Source: Nitrospirota bacterium
Lineage (GTDB): Bacteria; Nitrospirota; JACRHJ01
Assembly (NCBI GenBank): GCA_963733375.1
Contig: CAVTDB010000017.1
Coordinates: 1-64,000, forward strand
Length of the DNA stretch: 64,000 bases
Direction of reading: 5' to 3'
Positions 58,273 through 64,000 of the stretch are shown in pieces. The stretch's first letter is position 1. Every line of letters begins with the position of its first letter. The notes beneath the pieces are model-generated. The model had not been told where the DNA came from. It was given only the letters and a program-made list of their open reading frames with translations, and did not search any database. A program made the position numbers and the translations under genes.

Positions 58273-59932
58273 ATGTCCAAGATACAGCGCGCGCTCATCA
58301 GCGTGTCCGACAAGACCGGGGTCGTCCAGTTTGCCAGGAAACTGAGGAAGATGGGCGTGGAGATACTGTCCACGGGCGGCACTGCGAAGGCGCTCCGGGA
58401 CGCGAAGGTGAAGGTCACGGACGTGTCGGAGTTCACCGGCTTTCCGGAGATGCTGGACGGGCGCGTGAAGACCCTGCACCCGAAGGTCCACGGCGGGATA
58501 CTGGGGATACGCGGGAACAAGGCGCACATTGGCCAGATGAAGGAGCACGGCATCGAGCCTATCGACATGGTGGTGGTGAACCTCTATCCGTTCGAGGCGA
58601 CGATAAAAAAACCGGATACGAAATTTGAGGAAGCGATAGAGAACATAGACATCGGCGGCCCGGCGATGGTGCGTTCCGCGGCCAAGAACTTTAACGACGT
58701 GGTGGTAATCGTCGAGCCTTCCGATTACGACCTCGTGATAGCCGAGATGAACAAAGGGGATGTAACGCCGAAGACGCGGTTCATGCTCTCCGCGAAGGCA
58801 TACTTGCACACCGCGAAATACGACTCTATGATATCAAGCTTCTTTATCGCGGCAGGGGCAATTGAGACCGAATATCCGCTCTTCCACAAAAAGGAGATGA
58901 AACCGGCAAAGGGCAAGGCGTACCCGGAAAAAGTGCCTTCGATGTTTTCGCATCTGGCCGAGGCTGAGAGCAAATTCGAGATGTTCTACGACCTGCCCGC
59001 TCATCAAGGCGCAGGACTTGAGATACGGCGAAAACCCGCACCAGAAGGGCGCGTTCTACAGGGAGCCGCTCCTGACGGAACCCTCCGTCGCCACCGCATG
59101 CCGGATACAGGGCAAGGAGATGTCGTTCAACAACTTCCTCGACGCGAACTCAGCGCTTGGCCTGGCAAAGGAGTTCGACGAGCCGGTGGCAGTAATAGTG
59201 AAGCACAACAACCCCTGCGGCGTGGCCACGGACCCGAACCTCTGGGAGGCGTACGTCAAGGCGCGCGAGATAGACCCGGTATCCGCTTTCGGCGGCGTGC
59301 TCGCGTTCAACCGCAAGGTGGACGCGGAGACCGCGCGCGAGATAACGTCCACGTTCGTCGAAGTGGTAATCGCGCCGGGGTTCGATAATGAGGCGCTGAA
59401 GCTCTTCAAAAAGAAGCAGGCAATCCGCCTCCTAAGCCTTGGAGACGTGGATATAAATAGCGGGACAAGGCGCAGCTTCGACATCAAGCGCGTCGTCGGC
59501 GGGATGATAGTCCAGGACTGGGACATGGGAAAAATCGAGAACATCAAAAAACTGCCCGTGGTCACGAAGCGCAAGCCGACGGCGGACGAGTACAAGGGCC
59601 TGGCGTTCGCGTGGAAGGTGGCGAAGCACGTGAAGTCAAACGCAATCGTGTACTCCTACGGCACGCACGTCATAGGCATCGGCGCGGGCCAGATGAGCCG
59701 CGTGGACACTACACGCCTCGGCGCGATGAAGGCGCAGTTCCCGACCAAGGGCGCGGTGCTTGCGTCGGACGCGTTCTTCCCGTTCAGAGACGGCATAGAC
59801 GAGTGCGCGAAGCACGGCGTCACGGCGATAATCGAGCCGGGCGGCAGTATCAAGGACGACGAGGTAATCGCCGCCGCGAACGAATACGGCATCGCGATGG
59901 TATTCACCGGCATGAGGCATTTCAGGCATTAA
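58273..59932 (+). CDS. purH: Bifunctional AICAR formyltransferase / IMP cyclohydrolase (frameshift near 59000)
   Basis: [53 protein letters not shown]. Confidence 0.97.
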
Positions 59933-59959
59933 AATGATGCAGGGCGCGAATTTGCGCCC

Positions 59960-60115
59960 TCAAACGTTCTTTTTGCTATTTTTGGATTTGGCGGGTTTGC
60001 GAGGCAGGCGGATTCCTTCGATTGCCGAAGAAGAGCGGACATTAATATCCAGTGCCTCGTAGTAGAGCTTGGGGTTTTTAAGGTAAGGGTTAGTTTCAGC
60101 CAGAGATTTCTTCAT
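59960..60115 (-). CDS. Small basic hypothetical protein (51 aa)
   Basis: MKKSLAETNPYLKNP...NVRSSSAIEGI; short ORF, weak support. Confidence 0.4.
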   Translation of the reverse strand: MKKSLAETNPYLKNPKLYYEALDINVRSSSAIEGIRLPRKPAKSKNSKKNV

Positions 60116-60199
60116 TTTTTTATGATAGCATAGAGCCTGCCGGGAAGTAAATAGAACGAACCGAGCGTCAGGGTCAAGCACTATCGGGGTAAATAAATA

Positions 60200-60924
60200 A
60201 TGATGGATAGAAGAGAAGTCGATAAAATGCTTTCCGAAGCAGTCCAGCATTTTTGGATAACCAGATTAAAACAGGGGGCAAAACAAAAGACGGAAGGAAA
60301 GGCGGACCAGGGCGCCAGATGCGAAGTTACTGGCGGCGCGCAGATGGACGGCTTTGTAAAAATAATTAAAGATGCGATCTGTTCAAACGGCTTTGAAGGG
60401 AAACATATTTTCGAAAAAACATGTATTCAACTGCCAGGATATTTTAGAGCCTGAAAAGCAATGGGATTTGGCAATAGTTAAAGATGGTAGTTTAATCGCC
60501 GCCATCGAAGTCAAATCTCAAGTCGGTCCTTCCTTCGGCAATAATTTTAATAATAGGACAGAAGAGGCTTTAGGCAGTTCAGAAGATTTATGGACTGCTT
60601 ATAGAGAAGGAGCATTTAAAACCTCTCCCCAACCCTGGGTTGGCTACCTGATTATTTTAGAGGATTGTGAAGCATCACAGAGACCTGTAAAATCGTTTGA
60701 GCCTCACTTTGAAGTATTCCCTGAATTCAAAAAAGCATCATACGCAAAAAGATATGAATTATTTTGTAGGAAATTGATTTTAGAGAGGAAATATACATCG
60801 GCAGCTTTTATAATATCTAAAAGAGATGAAGGAACAAAAGGAGCAATATATGGAGCCAGCGACTGATTTAACTTTTTATAACTTTCTTAAGTCTCTTCAG
60901 GCGCATGTTGGAGTATTTATATAA
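60200..60924 (+). CDS. PaeR7I/XhoI-family type II restriction endonuclease (frameshifted)
   Basis: DQG.R..VTGG.QMDGF, K.WDL, EVKSQVGPSFGNNFNNRTEEALG, DLWTAYREG; AT-rich. Confidence 0.85.
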
Positions 60925-61795
60925 ATGATTTTAACTGAGCATAAAATATATTGCCATGATGCAAGAGATTTATCTTTTATAAAAGATGAGTCTATTCATT
61001 TGGCCGTTACCTCTCCGCCATACTGGAATCTAAAAAAATATGAAGAAAACGCTGAGACAACTGGGCCATATAGATGACTATGAAAATTTTATCCATGAAT
61101 TAAATAAAGTCTGGAAAGAAATTTTCCGAGTTTTAGTCCCGGGCGGGAGATTAGTGTGCGTAGTGGGTGACGTATGTTTATCGAGAAGAAAAAATAACGG
61201 TAGACATGTTGTAGTACCCTTACATGCGGATATAGCAGTTTCATGCCGTAAAATAGGGTTCGATAATTTAAATCCAATTATATGGAATAAAATATCCAAT
61301 GCTTCATATGAAGTTAAAAGGGGTAGTAAATTTTTAGGCAAACCTTATGAACCCAATGCCATTATAAAAAACGATATTGAATTTATTTTGATGCAAAGGA
61401 AACCGGGCGGCTATCGTAAGCCAACTTTAAGACAGAGAGAGTTAAGCAAAATTAATAAAGAAAATTTTCAGAAGTGGTTCCAGCAACATTGGACCTTGAC
61501 CGGAGCCCCGACTAAAAATCATCCCGCTCCTTTTCCATTAGAACTGGCAGACCGCCTTGTCCAGATGTTTTCTTTTGTCGGTGACACAGTATTGGATCCT
61601 TTTTTAGGAACGGGCACGACTACTTTGGCATCTATAAAAAACAACAGAAATAGTATTGGTTTGGAAATTCAACCAAAATATATAGAACTGTGCAGAAAAA
61701 AAATTGAATCGGAGATAAAAAACTATCCTGCGACTTATGAAATATTCTGTAATGAAATAATAAACAAAGAAGCTTTCTTAGCGTTTTCATTTTAA
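60925..61795 (+). CDS. Beta-class N4/N6 site-specific DNA methyltransferase (frameshift near 61035)
   Basis: TSPPY catalytic motif precedes HPAPFP and DPFLGTGTT SAM-binding motif. Confidence 0.9.
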
Positions 61796-61808
61796 TTCCG
61801 GAGGTTTC

Positions 61809-63084
61809 ATGAAAGTCCTTGTAGTCGGCGGTGGGGGAAGAGAACACGCGATGGTGTGGAAGATCGCCCAGAGCAGAAAAGTCAGGAAGATATTCTGCGC
61901 GCCGGGTAACGCGGGCATAGGGAAGATGGCCGAGTGCGTGAACATAAAGTCCGACCGCGTCCACGACCTCCTGAACTTCGCGAAGTTCGAAGGAATAGAC
62001 CTGACCGTCGTGGGGCCGGAGGCGCCGCTGACCCTGGGGATTGCCGACCTCTTCGAGAAGGAGGGGAAGAAGATATTCGGGGTGTCGAGGGCCGCGGCGG
62101 AGCTGGAGGGGAGCAAGGTATTCGCCAAGGAACTGATGAGGCGCTACAACATCCCGTCCGCCGAATATAAAGTCTTCTATTCGCCCATCGAGGCGGAGGG
62201 CTATATCCGGATGAAGGGCGCGCCGATAGTCGTGAAGGCGGACGGGCTTGCCGCCGGCAAGGGCGTCATCGTCGCCGCCACGGTAGAGGAAGCCGTCGAG
62301 GCGGTAAATTTGATAATGCGCGAGAAGGCGTTCGGGGAGTCCGGGAACCGCGTCGTAATCGAGGAGTGCCTTAAAGGGCGAGGAGGCCTCGTTCATGGCG
62401 TTCACGGACGGCGAGACGGTCGTGCCGATGGCGTCCTCGCAGGACCACAAGCGCGTCTTCGACGGCGACAAGGGCCCCAACACCGGAGGGATGGGCGCGT
62501 ACTCTCCCGCGCCGGTGGTTACGCCGGAGTTGCAGGAGCGCGTGATGCGCGAGGTGATGTACCCGGCGGTGCGCGGGATGAAGCAGGAAGGGATCCCGTA
62601 CCGGGGCGTGTTGTACGCCGGGCTGATGATAGGCGAGGAGGGGCCGAAAGTGCTGGAGTTCAACGTCCGCTTCGGCGACCCGGAGGCCCAGCCGCTCCTG
62701 ATGAGACTGGACGGCGACCTGGTCGATATCATGCTGGCCTGCGCGGAGAAGCGCCTCACGCCGGAGATGGTCGGCTGGAAGGACGAGGCGGCGGTATGCA
62801 TCGTCGCGGCGTCCAAGGGTTATCCCGGCGAGTACCAGAAGGGCACGCCCATACACGGGCTTGAAGAGGCCGCGAAAGTCCAGGACGCGATGGTCTTCCA
62901 CGCCGGGACGGCGGACAGGGACGACCATGTGGTAACCAACGGCGGGCGCGTGCTTGGGGTTACGGCCATCGGCAAGGACGTGGCCGAGGCGATATCCCGC
63001 GCGTACGAGGCTATCTCCAAAATAAAATTCGACGGCATGCACTACAGAAAAGACATCGGCGCCAGGGCGCTGAAAAGGTCGTAG
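61809..63084 (+). CDS. purD: Phosphoribosylamine--glycine ligase (frameshift near 62375)
   Basis: GGGGREHA, PGNAG, VGPEAPL, KADGLAAGKGV, QDHKR, GPNTGGMGAY, EFNVRFGDPE. Confidence 0.97.
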
Positions 63085-63091
63085 CGGTACT

Positions 63092-64000
63092 ATGAAAATC
63101 CTGGTATCGGTCCTTGGCAACATCAGGACCATCCCGATGAACCTCTACGTCCCCCGGACTCTGGAAGCGATGGGCCACGAGGTTTGTGTTTTCGACTCCG
63201 GCATCCATGGAATCATCCCGGGGCTCCTGAAAAAATTCTCGTCCCGCCGGAATTTAATCCAGTTCATGGACAAAAAGACGCTGGGGACGGTAGAGAGATA
63301 CAAGCCGGACCTGTTCCTTGCCATATACGGAGTAAACCACAGCGTAGAACTGATAGACAAGGTGAAGGCGATGGGCATCCCCGCCGTCTGCTGGTGGCTT
63401 AACGACCCGTTCCAGTTCGAGCGCTCGACCGAGAGGGCGGCCAAGTTCGATTTCTATTTTACCAACTCCAGCGGGATACTGGGCGAGTACTATAAAAGGG
63501 GGATAAAGAACGCGCACTACCTTCCGGTGGGCGTTTATCCGCCGGTCGCACAGGAGGCTCCCTGGCCTTGAAAAAAAGTACGACGTAAGCTTTTCCGGGG
63601 ACTGGTGCGTGCCCAGGGAAAAGGTGCTTGGCCCGGTGGCGGAAGATTTCGGCCTGTCGATTTTCGGGCCGTGGAAGAAGAAGCTAAAAAAAAGCTCCGC
63701 TCTCAGGAAAAGTATCGTCAAAAACGGTTTTTTCACGACCGAAGAGATGGTCGGGATATTCAACCGCTCGAAGGTAGTCCTGAACGTGCACAGCTGGCTG
63801 GAAAAATTCGAGTTACGGAGTAAACCCCCGCCTGTTCGAGGCTAACGGCTGCGGCGCATTTCAGATATGCGACTGGAAGCAGGAGATACCGAAGCTGTAC
63901 GAGGAGGACAAGGAAATAATCCTGTACCGGACTGTCGCGGAACTGAAGGAAAAGCTCGCCTATTACCTGCCAAGGGAGAAAGAAAGGATAAAGATAGCCG
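63092..64000 (+). CDS. CgeB-like glycosyltransferase (frameshifted, runs off the window)
   Basis: KPDL, WWLNDP, YDVSFSG, SKVVLN, RLFE..GCGAFQ. Confidence 0.75.

Overview
GC-rich (roughly 60% by eye) bacterial chromosome segment from an anaerobic sulfur-cycling organism, probably Nitrospirota (Thermodesulfovibrionia-like; inferred from the gatC-panD-gatA order and the sat-aprBA-qmoABC cluster). It carries a complete sat-aprBA-qmoABC locus, a probable sigma54-driven receiver-TusA-DsrE/F/H sulfur-relay operon, and many housekeeping genes (fba, alaS, ubiB-like, ruvX, nrdD plus thioredoxin, pepA, gatCAB, panD, trxB, mlaEFD, an M16 peptidase pair, rsmI, nadE, larBC, gpsA, rtcB/archease, purH, purD). 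Many essential genes carry 1-nt frameshifts, which points to an unpolished long-read consensus rather than true pseudogenes. Accessory features: (1) a 2514-bp fragment of a three-tyrosine-recombinase (RIT) element, truncated at both ends, sitting inside nadE; (2) an islet flanked by a ~144-bp diverged duplication of an acyl-CoA ligase 3' end; (3) a DUF4258 toxin-antitoxin pair whose antitoxin appears overwritten by a DUF2075 helicase fragment; (4) an AT-rich orphan secreted-protein gene behind a promoter and a terminator/antiterminator leader; (5) a PaeR7I/XhoI-family R-M system between purH and purD; (6) a dispersed REPIN-like repeat family and a tandem long-hairpin element. No rRNA, tRNA or CRISPR array was recognised. 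All calls come from reading the sequence and recalled family motifs; no database search was run.
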